Shown one piece after another: positions 48,104 through 57,506 of a DNA stretch of 64,000 nucleotides. Within the stretch, counting starts at the first letter, position 1. Every line of letters starts with the position of its first letter. Under the pieces are notes generated by a model. It was not told the DNA's origin. It was given only the letters and a program-made list of their open reading frames with translations, and did not search any database. Both the position numbers and the translations under genes were made by a program. Location: positions 14,449 through 78,448 of the forward strand of contig CALRWV020000012.1 in the NCBI GenBank assembly GCA_943371965.1. Reading direction: 5' to 3'. This DNA is from Prosthecochloris vibrioformis. Lineage in GTDB: Bacteria; Bacteroidota; JABWAT01.

Positions 48104-48880
48104 TTAACCGATCTGAACCGCTCTCATTGAAATGGATTTGTGTTCATAACCTTCAATCGGGAAAGTTATGTTTTCATCCGCATCTGCAAGTCCCAAAATA
48201 TAAAGCAGCGGATAAAAATGATCCGGAGTTGGAATCGAATATAAAGCTGAATTACCCAACAGTTTGTAATTGGCAAGTTCTGAAAACCGGCGCTCGGTCA
48301 TCAGTTTTTTTGAGAGTTCATCAAACTCCACATTCCAGTCAAACGGAACTGCATCTTTGTTGTAAAAATCGGCAGCTCTCAAATTATGGACAATATTTCC
48401 GCTTCCCAAAACAAGAATATCTTCATCGCGCAGATAGGACAATGCTTTTCCGAGTTGAAGATGATAGTCGCCAGGTTTATTGTAATCAATGCTGATTTGT
48501 AAAGTTGGAATGTCAGCTTTCGGATACATGTGGTGAAGAACAGTCCATGCGCCGTGGTCAAATCCCATTTCAGAATCCGGTTGGGCAGGAACTGCATTTA
48601 AGTGCTGGATAATATTTTCAGCAAGTTCAGAAGAACCGGCTGCAGGATATTTGATCTGATACAATTCTTTTGGAAATCCCGAAAAATCATAAATGGTTTC
48701 CGGTGTGTTTGAAGTTGCAGCATAAGTACCATCAGTTAACCAATGAGCAGAAACAACTACGATTGCTTTTGGTTTTGGAAGGTCAACTCCGATTTTCTGA
48801 AGAGATTTGGTGAATGTGTTATCGGCAATAACATTCATGGGAGAACCATGACCGATAAAGAGTGCGGGAAATTTTTTCAT
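48104..48880 (-). CDS. ygiD: 4,5-DOPA dioxygenase extradiol (LigB/YgiD family)
   Basis: PALFIGHGSPMN, VSAHW, FDHGAWTVL, GSGNIVHNL. Confidence 0.88.
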   Translation of the reverse strand: MKKFPALFIGHGSPMNVIADNTFTKSLQKIGVDLPKPKAIVVVSAHWLTDGTYAATSNTPETIYDFSGFPKELYQIKYPAAGSSELAENIIQHLNAVPAQPDSEMGFDHGAWTVLHHMYPKADIPTLQISIDYNKPGDYHLQLGKALSYLRDEDILVLGSGNIVHNLRAADFYNKDAVPFDWNVEFDELSKKLMTERRFSELANYKLLGNSALYSIPTPDHFYPLLYILGLADADENITFPIEGYEHKSISMRAVQIG

Positions 48881-48908
48881 GATTGGTGGTTTCTGTTAGG
48901 TCGGCTCT

Positions 48909-48975
48909 GTCATTGTGAATGTACTCATGAAGCAATCTCAATATTCATAAATACAGTCCCGATTCATCGGGAGAC
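48909..48975. repeat. Third member of the REP-like family plus an adjacent small hairpin
   Basis: GTCATTGTGAATGTACTCATGAAGCAATCTCAAT shares the GTCAT-TGAA...TGAAG-AATCTCAAT core with 47966-47997. It is followed by TCCCGAttcaTCGGGA (48957-48972). Confidence 0.5.
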
Positions 48976-48985
48976 AAAAACAAAT

Positions 48986-49441
48986 TCAGTAATTTCTGAT
49001 TTTATCGAGCAAATCATTCAACTGTTTTGCTTCGTCTTCAGAGATTCCTTTAATAATTTCGTCCTGTTTTTTACTGTTGATATCAATTTCAGCAAGGACA
49101 GAAAGTCCTTTTTCAGAAATAAAAATATTGACAGCTCTTCTGTCGTCAGGACAGGTATGGCGTTCAACCAATTCCTTTGCTAATAAGCGGTCAATCATTC
49201 TTGAAACATCGGAGTTTTTGTCAATCATCCGGTCTTTCAGCAAATTGACGGATGCAGGATTTGGCTGCTGTCCTCTCAGAATCCGCAAAATATTATATTG
49301 CTGCTGTGAAATTCCGTAAGGCTTGAGAAAGGATTGAAACTGATCGGAAAGCCAGTTGGAAGTGAAGGATAGATTGACTGAAACCCGTTCGTATTCGTTG
49401 CGGAATTTCTTGGTTTGCTTGATTGCTTCTTCAATATTCAT
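48986..49441 (-). CDS. MarR family transcriptional regulator
   Basis: Winged-helix region ISQQQYNILRILRGQ...ASVNLLKDRMIDKNSDVSRMIDRLLAKELVERHTCPDDRRAVNIFISEKG. Confidence 0.9.
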   Translation of the reverse strand: MNIEEAIKQTKKFRNEYERVSVNLSFTSNWLSDQFQSFLKPYGISQQQYNILRILRGQQPNPASVNLLKDRMIDKNSDVSRMIDRLLAKELVERHTCPDDRRAVNIFISEKGLSVLAEIDINSKKQDEIIKGISEDEAKQLNDLLDKIRNY

Positions 49442-49489
49442 AGAGTCAGAAAAACCGATGGCAGTTTTGAAACCACCACCGGCAGATAA

Positions 49490-49684
49490 TTAAAGTGTTA
49501 CTTCAGTTCTTGTACCATTTTCGTAACGGTACATGATTCCAGCTGCTTCGTCTTTGGTTTGTTTGTGTGAACCATCGCAGAAAGGTTGGTTTGCTGAAAG
49601 ACCGCACATGCAAATGTACTTATCTTCTATACCAACTGTTACTTTTAATGGTGCTTGTTCTGATTTTACAACTAATCTTGACAT
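49490..49684 (-). CDS. CDGSH iron-sulfur domain protein
   Basis: CMCGLSANQPFCDGSHK, the CDGSH 2Fe-2S signature. Confidence 0.85.
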   Translation of the reverse strand: MSRLVVKSEQAPLKVTVGIEDKYICMCGLSANQPFCDGSHKQTKDEAAGIMYRYENGTRTEVTL

Positions 49685-49705
49685 TTTTCAAATTCTTTCT
49701 TTTAA

Positions 49706-50314
49706 TTATTTCTTAGCTTCTGTTTTATTGTCCAATTCGATGTTCAGTTGGATGGTAACTGTCTTATCAACAATTGCTCCAGCTTCAACCATTTTATTCC
49801 AGTTCAAACCGAAATCGAAACGGTTAATTTCAGTTGAAGCTTTAAATCCTGCTTTTTTGCTGCCATCAGGAAGCGTGATAATTCCACCAATAGTTGCGTC
49901 TAGAACAACAGTTTTGGTAACTCCTTTAATGGTTAAGTCGCCGGTAACTTTATATTTTTTATCAGTTACTTTTTCAAATGAGGTGCTTTTAAAGGTAGCA
50001 TCGGCAAATTTTTCAGCGCCAAAGAAATCATCTGATTTCAGGTGACCATCACGGTAATCATTATCGGTGTTAACACTTGCAGTTTTGATGTTGACATCAA
50101 TTTTTGCACCTGAAAAATCGTCGCCATTGGTAACAATTGAACCCGAGAAATCTTTGAATCTGCCGGAAACTTCACTTACAACCATGTGGGTTACAGTGAA
50201 TCCAACATTAGTGTGTGTTTTATCGATGGTCCATGTTGTTTGAGCTGATGCTGAACCAGCAAAGACCATAATTACCACAGTTAGAAGAAATTGAATCATT
50301 TTTTTCATTGACAT
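49706..50314 (-). CDS. yceI: YceI family periplasmic polyisoprenoid-binding protein
   Basis: Signal peptide, then WTIDKTHTNVGFTVTHMVVSEVSGRFKDF, TASVNTDNDYRDGHLKS, DLTIKGVTK. Confidence 0.9.
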   Translation of the reverse strand: MSMKKMIQFLLTVVIMVFAGSASAQTTWTIDKTHTNVGFTVTHMVVSEVSGRFKDFSGSIVTNGDDFSGAKIDVNIKTASVNTDNDYRDGHLKSDDFFGAEKFADATFKSTSFEKVTDKKYKVTGDLTIKGVTKTVVLDATIGGIITLPDGSKKAGFKASTEINRFDFGLNWNKMVEAGAIVDKTVTIQLNIELDNKTEAKK

Positions 50315-50343
50315 TTTCCTTTATTTTTTTGACAAGACAAATG

Positions 50344-50371
50344 TATGTTAAAACATATAATGTTGCAACAT
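50344..50371 (-). promoter_or_regulatory. Tandem palindromes (candidate MarR operator) overlapping a -7-like box upstream of yceI
   Basis: On the minus strand: ATGTTGCAACAT (perfect 12-bp palindrome, 50360-50371) and TATGTTTTAACATA (50344-50357). They share the half-site ATGTT/AACAT. The -7-like box TACATTTG (50338-50345) lies 24-31 nt from the ATG. Confidence 0.4.
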
Positions 50372-50485
50372 ATAAATAAATAAATTAAAGGGAATTAATA
50401 GGGATTCAAGATTAGGTTGATTGAGATTATTGGAATGCTGGGCTTAATGCCAAAATCCATTATCACAATTCTGACTAAAGGAAAC

Positions 50486-51094
50486 TTAAAGAAGAACACT
50501 CACAATAAACATAGCAGCACCTGAAAATGTGGGAATGGTAAGATTGTCATCTGAAGGAATCGGCAGCAGTTCAACTACGGTAGCAACAAAAGCACCAACC
50601 AGTTTAATCTGCCAGGTAAGATCGGTAATGAAAAGTGATACTATCAAAGAAGAAAGAAAAAAGGCTAAACTTCCTTCCCAGGTTTTGGGAAGATCAAAAA
50701 CTTTATTTCTTCCGATTGATTTTCCAACAAGAGCTGCACATGCATCACCTATAATCAGCATGGCAAATGCATAAACTGCAATTGGTTTCGGGAAAAATAA
50801 AATTGTAAGTACCGCAGCAATCAGAACATAAGTTGCGCCGGAAAGATTTTTCGCCTTCTCATCAACTTCATGCGGACGCATCATGAATCCGAAAATGGAA
50901 TCGAAGGTGGTTTTCAGTTTTCCTTCAACAAAACGCATCTTATCTATTGTAAAGGAAATGATGGCAGCCGGAATGAGTAAAAACAACATGGTATGCTGAT
51001 CAAGCCACAATCCATAAAAAATCGGGATTTGCAGCGAAAAAACGTGAATTGCTTTACGGTAAAGTTCCGTCTTATAAGATTCACTGATTACCAT
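50486..51094 (-). CDS. Diacylglycerol/polyprenol (dolichol/phytol) kinase family membrane protein (CTP_transf_1-like)
   Basis: Polytopic, with IIGDACAALVGKSIGRNK...PKTWEGSLAFF. The ATG at 51094 (MVISES...) is preferred, since the track start at 51133 would overlap ftsH by 35 nt. Confidence 0.7.
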   Translation of the reverse strand: MVISESYKTELYRKAIHVFSLQIPIFYGLWLDQHTMLFLLIPAAIISFTIDKMRFVEGKLKTTFDSIFGFMMRPHEVDEKAKNLSGATYVLIAAVLTILFFPKPIAVYAFAMLIIGDACAALVGKSIGRNKVFDLPKTWEGSLAFFLSSLIVSLFITDLTWQIKLVGAFVATVVELLPIPSDDNLTIPTFSGAAMFIVSVLL

Positions 51095-51098
51095 AAAT

Positions 51099-53024
51099 TC
51101 AGTTCCCTTTTTTTTCTTTGATAATCTGATCAATTTCTTCGCCGGTCAGAGTTTCTTTTTGAAGCAGCAGTTCGCTGACCGCATGAAGAATTTCAATATT
51201 ATCTATCAGGATTTGTTCCGCATGTTTTTCACAGTCAGTAATGATCTTTTTCACTTCCTGATCAATTTCGATGGCCGTTTTTTCAGAATAATTCTGCTTT
51301 CTTCCATAATCACGTCCCAAAAATACTTCTTCGTCCTTGCTTCCGTAAGAAACAGGACCCAACAAATCACTCATTCCATATTCACAGATCATTTTTTTTG
51401 CAATTGCAGTTGCCTGTTCAATATCGTTTGACGCACCTGTAGAATAATCTTTGAAAATAACTTTCTCAGCCATTCTTCCACCCAAAGCATAGGTAATTCT
51501 TCCAATCAGATCAGCTTTGGTGTAGGAATATTTGTCTTCTGAAGGAAGGTAAGTTGTTACGCCCAACGCACGACCTCTCGGAATAACCGTTACTTTATGA
51601 ACCGGATCAGTATTGGGAATAAATTTGGCTACCAAAGCATGTCCCGTCTCGTGGTAGGCAGTGTTCCGTTTTTCCTTGTCGCTCATGACCATGTTTTTGC
51701 GTTCAACACCGGTCAAGATTTTATCTTTTGCTTTATCAAAATCCAACATCGTAATTTCTGATGCACCCCGACGTGCGGCAAGTAAAGCTGCTTCATTTAC
51801 CAAATTAGCCAAATCGGCACCTGACATTCCTGGTGTTACTTTCGCCAGAATTTCAATATCAACATCTTTTGCTAACGGAGTTTTTCTGGTATGAACACGC
51901 AGAATTCCTTCACGTCCTCTAACATCCGGACGGTCAACAACAATCTGCCGGTCAAATCTTCCTGGACGCAGAAGTGCAGTATCCAAAATATCGGGACGGT
52001 TGGTTGCTGCAATCAGAATGACGTTGGTACGTTCATCAAATCCATCCATTTCAACCAACAGCGCATTCAAAGTCTGTTCTCGTTCATCATGACCACCGCC
52101 AAAACCGGCACCACGCTGACGGCCAACAGCATCCAACTCATCAATAAAAATTATGCACGGAGAATTTTTCTTTCCCTGTTCAAAAATATCTCGGACTCGG
52201 CTTGCACCAACACCGACAAACATCTCAACAAAGTCAGCACCGCTCAAAGAAAAAAATGGAACTCCTGCTTCACCCGCAACTGCTTTTGCCAGTAAAGTTT
52301 TCCCGGTTCCCGGAGGGCCTAACAATAAAACTCCTTTTGGAATTTTTCCGCCCAGCTTCTGGAATTTTTCGGGTTCTTTTAAAAATTCAACAACTTCCTG
52401 AAGTTCTTCTTTTGCTTCATCACAACCGGCAACATCACCGAAAGTTACCTTTGGTTCGCCTTCAAGCTGCATTTTGGCTTTGCTTTTTCCAAAATTGAAA
52501 ACATTTTTTTCTTTCGGATTTGCATTGTTCTGCATTCTGCGCATGAAGAAAATATAAACGCCGATCAGTAAAATCCAGGGGAGCATATTCAGGAAAACTG
52601 ACAGCCAATCAATTCCCAGTTTACCCATTGTTACACGGATTCCCTTTGAGGAAAGTGTTGCGGCATCAATTGTGGTGAATGAAGGAAGCAGGGTTTGAAA
52701 ATTATCGAGTTTTCTTTCCCTTCCATCAACAAATTGAATGGTTTCTTCACGGACAGTTTTTCCGTAAAGAAGTACAGAGCCTGATTCCTGAGGAACAACA
52801 ATAACTTCCATCACTATATTCAATTCCAGCAAACGCTGAAATTCATTATAGGTAATTTCAGGCTGGTTGAAATTATCACCACGAATCATCCGTTGAGCAA
52901 CAAGCAGTCCAACAACAGCAATCACTCCAATTGCAATTACAATAATTGATCTTCTGAAACTCTGATTTTCCTGCGGACCTTTTTCATTCGGATTTGGTGT
53001 TTGTCCGGGTTTTTGGGTTGCCAT
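51099..53024 (-). CDS. ftsH: ATP-dependent zinc metalloprotease FtsH
   Basis: Two N-terminal TM helices, Walker [33 protein letters not shown], the SRH, and Zn site [10 protein letters not shown]. Confidence 0.97.
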   Translation of the reverse strand: MATQKPGQTPNPNEKGPQENQSFRRSIIVIAIGVIAVVGLLVAQRMIRGDNFNQPEITYNEFQRLLELNIVMEVIVVPQESGSVLLYGKTVREETIQFVDGRERKLDNFQTLLPSFTTIDAATLSSKGIRVTMGKLGIDWLSVFLNMLPWILLIGVYIFFMRRMQNNANPKEKNVFNFGKSKAKMQLEGEPKVTFGDVAGCDEAKEELQEVVEFLKEPEKFQKLGGKIPKGVLLLGPPGTGKTLLAKAVAGEAGVPFFSLSGADFVEMFVGVGASRVRDIFEQGKKNSPCIIFIDELDAVGRQRGAGFGGGHDEREQTLNALLVEMDGFDERTNVILIAATNRPDILDTALLRPGRFDRQIVVDRPDVRGREGILRVHTRKTPLAKDVDIEILAKVTPGMSGADLANLVNEAALLAARRGASEITMLDFDKAKDKILTGVERKNMVMSDKEKRNTAYHETGHALVAKFIPNTDPVHKVTVIPRGRALGVTTYLPSEDKYSYTKADLIGRITYALGGRMAEKVIFKDYSTGASNDIEQATAIAKKMICEYGMSDLLGPVSYGSKDEEVFLGRDYGRKQNYSEKTAIEIDQEVKKIITDCEKHAEQILIDNIEILHAVSELLLQKETLTGEEIDQIIKEKKGN

Positions 53025-53027
53025 AAA

Positions 53028-53579
53028 TTAATCTTTCTGATCAGGGCTTAATACATAAATATCTTTCAGATTACGGGCTTTTTGAGCGTAATCCAAACCA
53101 TAACCAATAACGAATTCCTTTGAAATTTCGAAGGCAATGTAATCAATCGGGAAGTCTACTTTTGCAACATCCTTTTTGTGAAGGAACGCAGCCACTTTCA
53201 ATGATGCAGGATTGTGGCTTAGAAATAAATTCCGTACAAAGGAGATGGATAGACCGGAATCAATGACATCTTCTACAATAATAACATGTCTTCCTTCGAT
53301 TTTTGCACTGAAATCTTTTACAAGATTTACATTCCCGGAACTGATCTTGGAATCGCCGTAACTGGAAAGCTTAACAAAATCCATTTCGCATTCACCGTAA
53401 TATTCGCGCATGACATCTGCAAGAAAAATATAAGCCCCGTTCAGTACGCCAATGAAAATCGGGGTAGTATGTTTGTGTTCATCATAAATTTTTTTTCCCA
53501 GTTCGACGATGCGTTTTTTTATTTGTTCTTCAGTAATCATTCTGTCGAACCACTCGCCGTTTACTTTAACACGTTTCAT
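53028..53579 (-). CDS. hpt: Hypoxanthine phosphoribosyltransferase
   Basis: FIGVLNGAYIFLADV, and the PRPP loop VIIVEDVIDSGLS. Confidence 0.93.
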   Translation of the reverse strand: MKRVKVNGEWFDRMITEEQIKKRIVELGKKIYDEHKHTTPIFIGVLNGAYIFLADVMREYYGECEMDFVKLSSYGDSKISSGNVNLVKDFSAKIEGRHVIIVEDVIDSGLSISFVRNLFLSHNPASLKVAAFLHKKDVAKVDFPIDYIAFEISKEFVIGYGLDYAQKARNLKDIYVLSPDQKD

Positions 53580-54901
53580 ACACCCTCTAGTTCAAGTTTA
53601 ATAAATTGAGAAGTTTCTTTGGTAATTTTTATTTTGTCGCTGATTTCGATTCCGTAAACCCAGATAATATTTTCCCCTTTGTCAGTAATTAAAGGGATGG
53701 TTTTTTTCCGGTGAAGTTCAATTTTCCGGTTGATAAAAAAATCGCTGAGTTTGATTTCCTGCTTCAGACCCAAAGGTTGAAATCTGTCACCGTTTTTCCA
53801 GAATCGGACAGACAAAGGAAATTGAATTTTATCCCGATCACCTGTGATAATTTTGTTTCCACCTGAAATCTTTTTTGGTTTTTCCGTTTTTGCAGTCAAA
53901 ACTCTGAATTCAGATTTTTTCTTTTCCTTTTTTTTGGATTTAGGACTGCTTACCCTAATTCCGCTTACAAGTTTCCTGACAGAAATATTTTTGGAAACGG
54001 GGAAGGATTTTCCTCTTTCTGCCGATTTCGAAAAAATATAAATCTTTTCTGCTAACGGAAAACCTATTGTTAGTTTAAAACGGTCTTCAAAAAACAGCTT
54101 CAGAAACAGGATTTCAAGAAATTCAAAATAAGGCTGGTGTTTCCCAAATTCAATTTCAAACCCGTTTTCGGCCAGTTTAACCATGTTTTCTTTTTCGGAC
54201 TGATAAAATTCATCTGCGTTCCTGTTTAGAAGTGAGGATTGCTGTGATAAATTTTCAAGTGAAGAAGTTAAACGGTTTCCAAATTGGGTTTTCAGTTCTG
54301 GAATCAGATGATGACGAAGCCGATTCCGCTCATAATTATCTGAATTGTTGGATGAATCCTCAAGAAATTTGATTTTATGACGTTTGGAGTAACTTAAAAT
54401 GTCTTCTTTTTGAATGGAAAGCAGAGGTTTGAACCAGATTTTTTCAAGTTCAGACATTGCAGAAATGTTTGTTAACGAAGCTCCCTTTAAGATTCGTTGA
54501 AGCTGGGTTTCAATCTGATCATCAAGATGATGGGCGGTTGAAATAAAATCATAATCAAATTTTTGGGCGATTTTCAGTAGGCGTTTTTTTCGTTCAATTC
54601 TGGCGTTTTCCTGAAAATTCCCGGTTTTGGGTTTCGTATGCCATGTTTCGTAATGAAGAAGAATCTGATGTTTTGAACAATAGGAATCAATCAGATCGGC
54701 TTCCTTCTCATTTTCAACGGGTCTGGTTTGATGATTGAAATGAAAAACACCGATTTTTCGTCCCGATTTTCTGAAAAGATCGAGCAAAACCATACTGTCA
54801 ACACCACCGCTTACGGAAATAAGAAAAGTTGAAGAATCTTTGAGAGAATTGGAAAGAAATGAGTTTTCGAAGGTTTGAGGCAGGTTATTTTTTGATTTCA
54901 T
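53576..54901 (-). CDS. tilS: tRNA(Ile)-lysidine synthetase
   Basis: PP-loop LISVSGGVDSMVLLDLF, TAHHLDDQIET. The track ORF (to 55030) runs through a terminator and into a tRNA; the ATG at 54901 (MKSKNN...) is the plausible start. Confidence 0.9.
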   Translation of the reverse strand: MKSKNNLPQTFENSFLSNSLKDSSTFLISVSGGVDSMVLLDLFRKSGRKIGVFHFNHQTRPVENEKEADLIDSYCSKHQILLHYETWHTKPKTGNFQENARIERKKRLLKIAQKFDYDFISTAHHLDDQIETQLQRILKGASLTNISAMSELEKIWFKPLLSIQKEDILSYSKRHKIKFLEDSSNNSDNYERNRLRHHLIPELKTQFGNRLTSSLENLSQQSSLLNRNADEFYQSEKENMVKLAENGFEIEFGKHQPYFEFLEILFLKLFFEDRFKLTIGFPLAEKIYIFSKSAERGKSFPVSKNISVRKLVSGIRVSSPKSKKKEKKKSEFRVLTAKTEKPKKISGGNKIITGDRDKIQFPLSVRFWKNGDRFQPLGLKQEIKLSDFFINRKIELHRKKTIPLITDKGENIIWVYGIEISDKIKITKETSQFIKLELEGV

Positions 54902-54965
54902 CGAAAATGATTTCCTAATAAATCCGCTTAAGAAAACGGAATTCAAAAATAACCTTTCAGGCTGA

Positions 54966-54995
54966 AACAAAAAATCCGGCATGAACCGGATTTTG
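54966..54995 (-). terminator. Rho-independent terminator downstream of the tRNA pair
   Basis: Minus strand: AATCCGGttcatgCCGGATTttttgttt. Confidence 0.6.
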
Positions 54996-54998
54996 AAG

Positions 54999-55072
54999 TA
55001 CCGAAGGAGGGACTTGAACCCCCGACACATGGATTATGATTCCATTGCTCTAACCAACTGAGCTACTTCGGC
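54999..55072 (-). tRNA. tRNA with CAU anticodon, elongator type (Met; lysidine-dependent Ile2 not excluded)
   Basis: Hand-folded cloverleaf, 74 nt: GCCGAAG-TA-GCTC-AGTTGGTTA-GAGC-A-ATGGA-ATCATAA-TCCAT-GTGTC-GGGGG-TTCAAGT-CCCTC-CTTCGGT-A. It has a G1-U72 wobble and no encoded CCA. Confidence 0.9.
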
Positions 55073-55125
55073 ATAAAACAAAAAAGGAACTCACTTATGA
55101 TGAATTCCAATTGTTGTTTTTTTAG

Positions 55126-55198
<73 letters not shown>

Positions 55199-55356
55199 AT
55201 ATAATGGGACTGCAAAGATAGAGAAGTGAAGTTATATAGTCAATGGAATCAGGATTTATATTTTGATCAACTTAAATTAAAGTATGGTTTTTTGGGAAAA
55301 TTAAGTTGAATAAAAGACAGATGTCATATATATTTAGACAAATGACAGAGGTAAGC

Positions 55357-55833
55357 ATGTCAACAAAAAATTTAACCGTTCATGATTTTTCGGTCAGTTA
55401 CGAAAGTAACGCACAGGGTTCCAATTTTATTTCTGATTTTCTTTCAAAAGGAAAACTGCAGATTAGTCAGTTTGAAATGATTGATCTTGTCCGTACAGGA
55501 ATTTCAAAAAAGAATGCATTCCGTTTAGCAGAGAAAATTGATTTTTCTGCTAAAGATCTTGCATCAGTTTACCATGTTTCAGAAAGAACCCTTCACCGTT
55601 ATTCAGACTCAGATTTGCTTGATCCTGATTTATCGGAAAAAACTCTCCAATTGGCGCTATTGTATGAAAAAGGAGAATCAGTTTTCGGTAATCTTTCCAA
55701 GTTTAAAATCTGGATGAAATTTTCAAATCCGGTTTTTGGCGGAAAGCCACCATTGGAATTACTCGACACCCACTTTGGTTTTCAGATTGTTTCCGATGAA
55801 CTGATCAGAATTGAACACGGCGTTTTTGCCTGA
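55357..55833 (+). CDS. Xre/MbcA/ParS-like antitoxin (DUF2384 toxin-binding domain) of a RES-Xre type II TA pair
   Basis: C-terminal FKIWMKFSNPVFGGKPPLELLDTHFGFQIVSDELIRIEHGVFA is typical of DUF2384. The start is uncertain (TTG 55306, ATG 55321 or ATG 55357). Its stop overlaps the toxin ATG (TGATG). Confidence 0.8.
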   Translation: MSTKNLTVHDFSVSYESNAQGSNFISDFLSKGKLQISQFEMIDLVRTGISKKNAFRLAEKIDFSAKDLASVYHVSERTLHRYSDSDLLDPDLSEKTLQLALLYEKGESVFGNLSKFKIWMKFSNPVFGGKPPLELLDTHFGFQIVSDELIRIEHGVFA

Positions 55834-56291
55834 TGGAAGTTTTCAGAATCTGCAAAAATCAGTATTCACATGATCTCAGCGGTACTGGTGCCAAACTAGC
55901 CGGTGGAAGGTGGAACAGAAAAGGAATCCCCGTTATTTACACAAGCGGCTCAGTTTCTCTGGCAACTCTTGAAGTTTTGGTTCATATTCCGGTAAGTCTT
56001 GTTCCTTCAAATTTTTCACTGGTTAAAATTTCAATTCCTGATTATTCGATTTTAACTGTTGAAAAAGAAAAACTTCCTGTTGGTTGGGATGATCTGATTC
56101 CGCTGGATTCGTTAAAAACCGTTTCAGATAAATGGATAACCGAAAATAAATTCTTAGTTTTGAAGGTTCCATCAGCAATTGTAAGAAGTGAATTTAATTA
56201 TCTGATAAATCCGCAGCATGAAGATTTCAAAACAGTTTCGGTTAAATCAGTTGAACCTTTCCGGTTTGATGAAAGATTAGTGAAAATTTAA
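55833..56291 (+). CDS. RES domain toxin (RES-family NAD+-targeting enzyme)
   Basis: R-E-S triad contexts: GAKLAGGRWNRKG, SVSLATLEVLVH, LKVPSAIV. Confidence 0.88.
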   Translation: MEVFRICKNQYSHDLSGTGAKLAGGRWNRKGIPVIYTSGSVSLATLEVLVHIPVSLVPSNFSLVKISIPDYSILTVEKEKLPVGWDDLIPLDSLKTVSDKWITENKFLVLKVPSAIVRSEFNYLINPQHEDFKTVSVKSVEPFRFDERLVKI

Positions 56292-56292
56292 G

Positions 56293-57462
56293 ATGAAAAA
56301 ATATATTGCCGCAATTCTGTTTCTTTTTTCAATTAACTGTTTCAGTCAAAGTGCAATTGATAAGTTGATATTGAAAATCAGTCCTATTTCTGCTTCATCA
56401 ACACGAATGGCAATGGTAGACAGTTTTATGACCGAGGCACAAAAAAAAGGAATTCCGCTGGTTGAAGGAGAAATTGCAACTTTTATATATAGTAGAAAAG
56501 CAACATCGGTTTTACTGGCTGGAGATATGAATGGTTGGCGCGGTGAAAAAGAAACATTCACACAACTTGCCGGAACGGATTTTTTCTATTACCAGAAAAA
56601 ATATGAACTGAACGCCAGACTTGACTACAAATTGGTGATTGATGATAAAAACTGGATTCTGGATCCATTAAACCCAAAAACATGTTCAGGCGGATTTGGT
56701 CCAAATTCTGAATTGGCAATGACGGATTATATTCAACCTCAAGAAATTACTGTTAAACAGGAATCTTTAAAAGGAAAGGTAATTTCTGATTCAATTTCCA
56801 GTCTGAACACCGGAAAAAAATATTTCATCAAAATATATCTTCCTTATGATTATTCTGCAGAATCAAATAAAAAATATCCAACTGTTTATTTTCAGGATGG
56901 TGGAGAGTATGTTTCAGTTGGATTTGCTTTGAATATTCTGGACAACCTGATTTCAGAAAAGAAAATTGAACCTGTAATTGCTGTTTTTGTTTCGCCAACC
57001 AACCGCAATGAAGAATATGCTTTCGGTTTGAAAAATGAGTATCAGTTATTTTTTGCAGATGAACTGGTTCATTATATGGATAATTCATTTAAAACATTTC
57101 AAACTCCGGAAAAACGTTTGGTGATTGGTGATTCTTACGGTGGAAATATTTCAGCTTTGATTGCGTACAACCACTCCGACATTTTCGGGAATTGCGGACT
57201 TCATTCCGGTGCATTTCAGGAAAATGATTTTGAAACATACAAACTCATAACCAACGGACCTAAGAAAAAAATCAAATGGTTTTCAGTTTGGGGAACTTAT
57301 GAAGGATTATGGAAAAATATGCGCAGTTTCAGGGACTTTCTGAAATCGGCAGGATATATTTCCGAACATCACGAATATCCTGAAGGTCACAGTTGGGGAT
57401 TGTGGAGAGCAAATACAGATTCAATGCTGGAATATTTCTTTCCATTTACAGGTAATAATTAA
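56293..57462 (+). CDS. Alpha/beta hydrolase, putative esterase (PF00756-like) with N-terminal E-set/CBM48-like domain
   Basis: Signal peptide, YPTVYFQDGGEY, and the nucleophile elbow VIGDSYGGN. Confidence 0.8.
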   Translation: MKKYIAAILFLFSINCFSQSAIDKLILKISPISASSTRMAMVDSFMTEAQKKGIPLVEGEIATFIYSRKATSVLLAGDMNGWRGEKETFTQLAGTDFFYYQKKYELNARLDYKLVIDDKNWILDPLNPKTCSGGFGPNSELAMTDYIQPQEITVKQESLKGKVISDSISSLNTGKKYFIKIYLPYDYSAESNKKYPTVYFQDGGEYVSVGFALNILDNLISEKKIEPVIAVFVSPTNRNEEYAFGLKNEYQLFFADELVHYMDNSFKTFQTPEKRLVIGDSYGGNISALIAYNHSDIFGNCGLHSGAFQENDFETYKLITNGPKKKIKWFSVWGTYEGLWKNMRSFRDFLKSAGYISEHHEYPEGHSWGLWRANTDSMLEYFFPFTGNN

Positions 57463-57506
57463 TTTAACCGCAAAAGCGAAGCTGGAAAATTGCAGCAGAA
57501 AAATTT

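Noticed and set aside
49533-50045. 170-aa plus-strand ORF antisense to the CDGSH and yceI genes
   Set aside because: It spans two well-supported minus-strand genes and their spacer. It has low-complexity Ser/Leu/Phe-rich content and no motif. This is a typical shadow ORF.
54902-55030. N-terminal extension of the tilS ORF given in the track
   Set aside because: The extension would be translated through a rho-independent terminator and the 3' part of a tRNA gene. The PP-loop enzyme has a normal N-terminus from the ATG at 54901.
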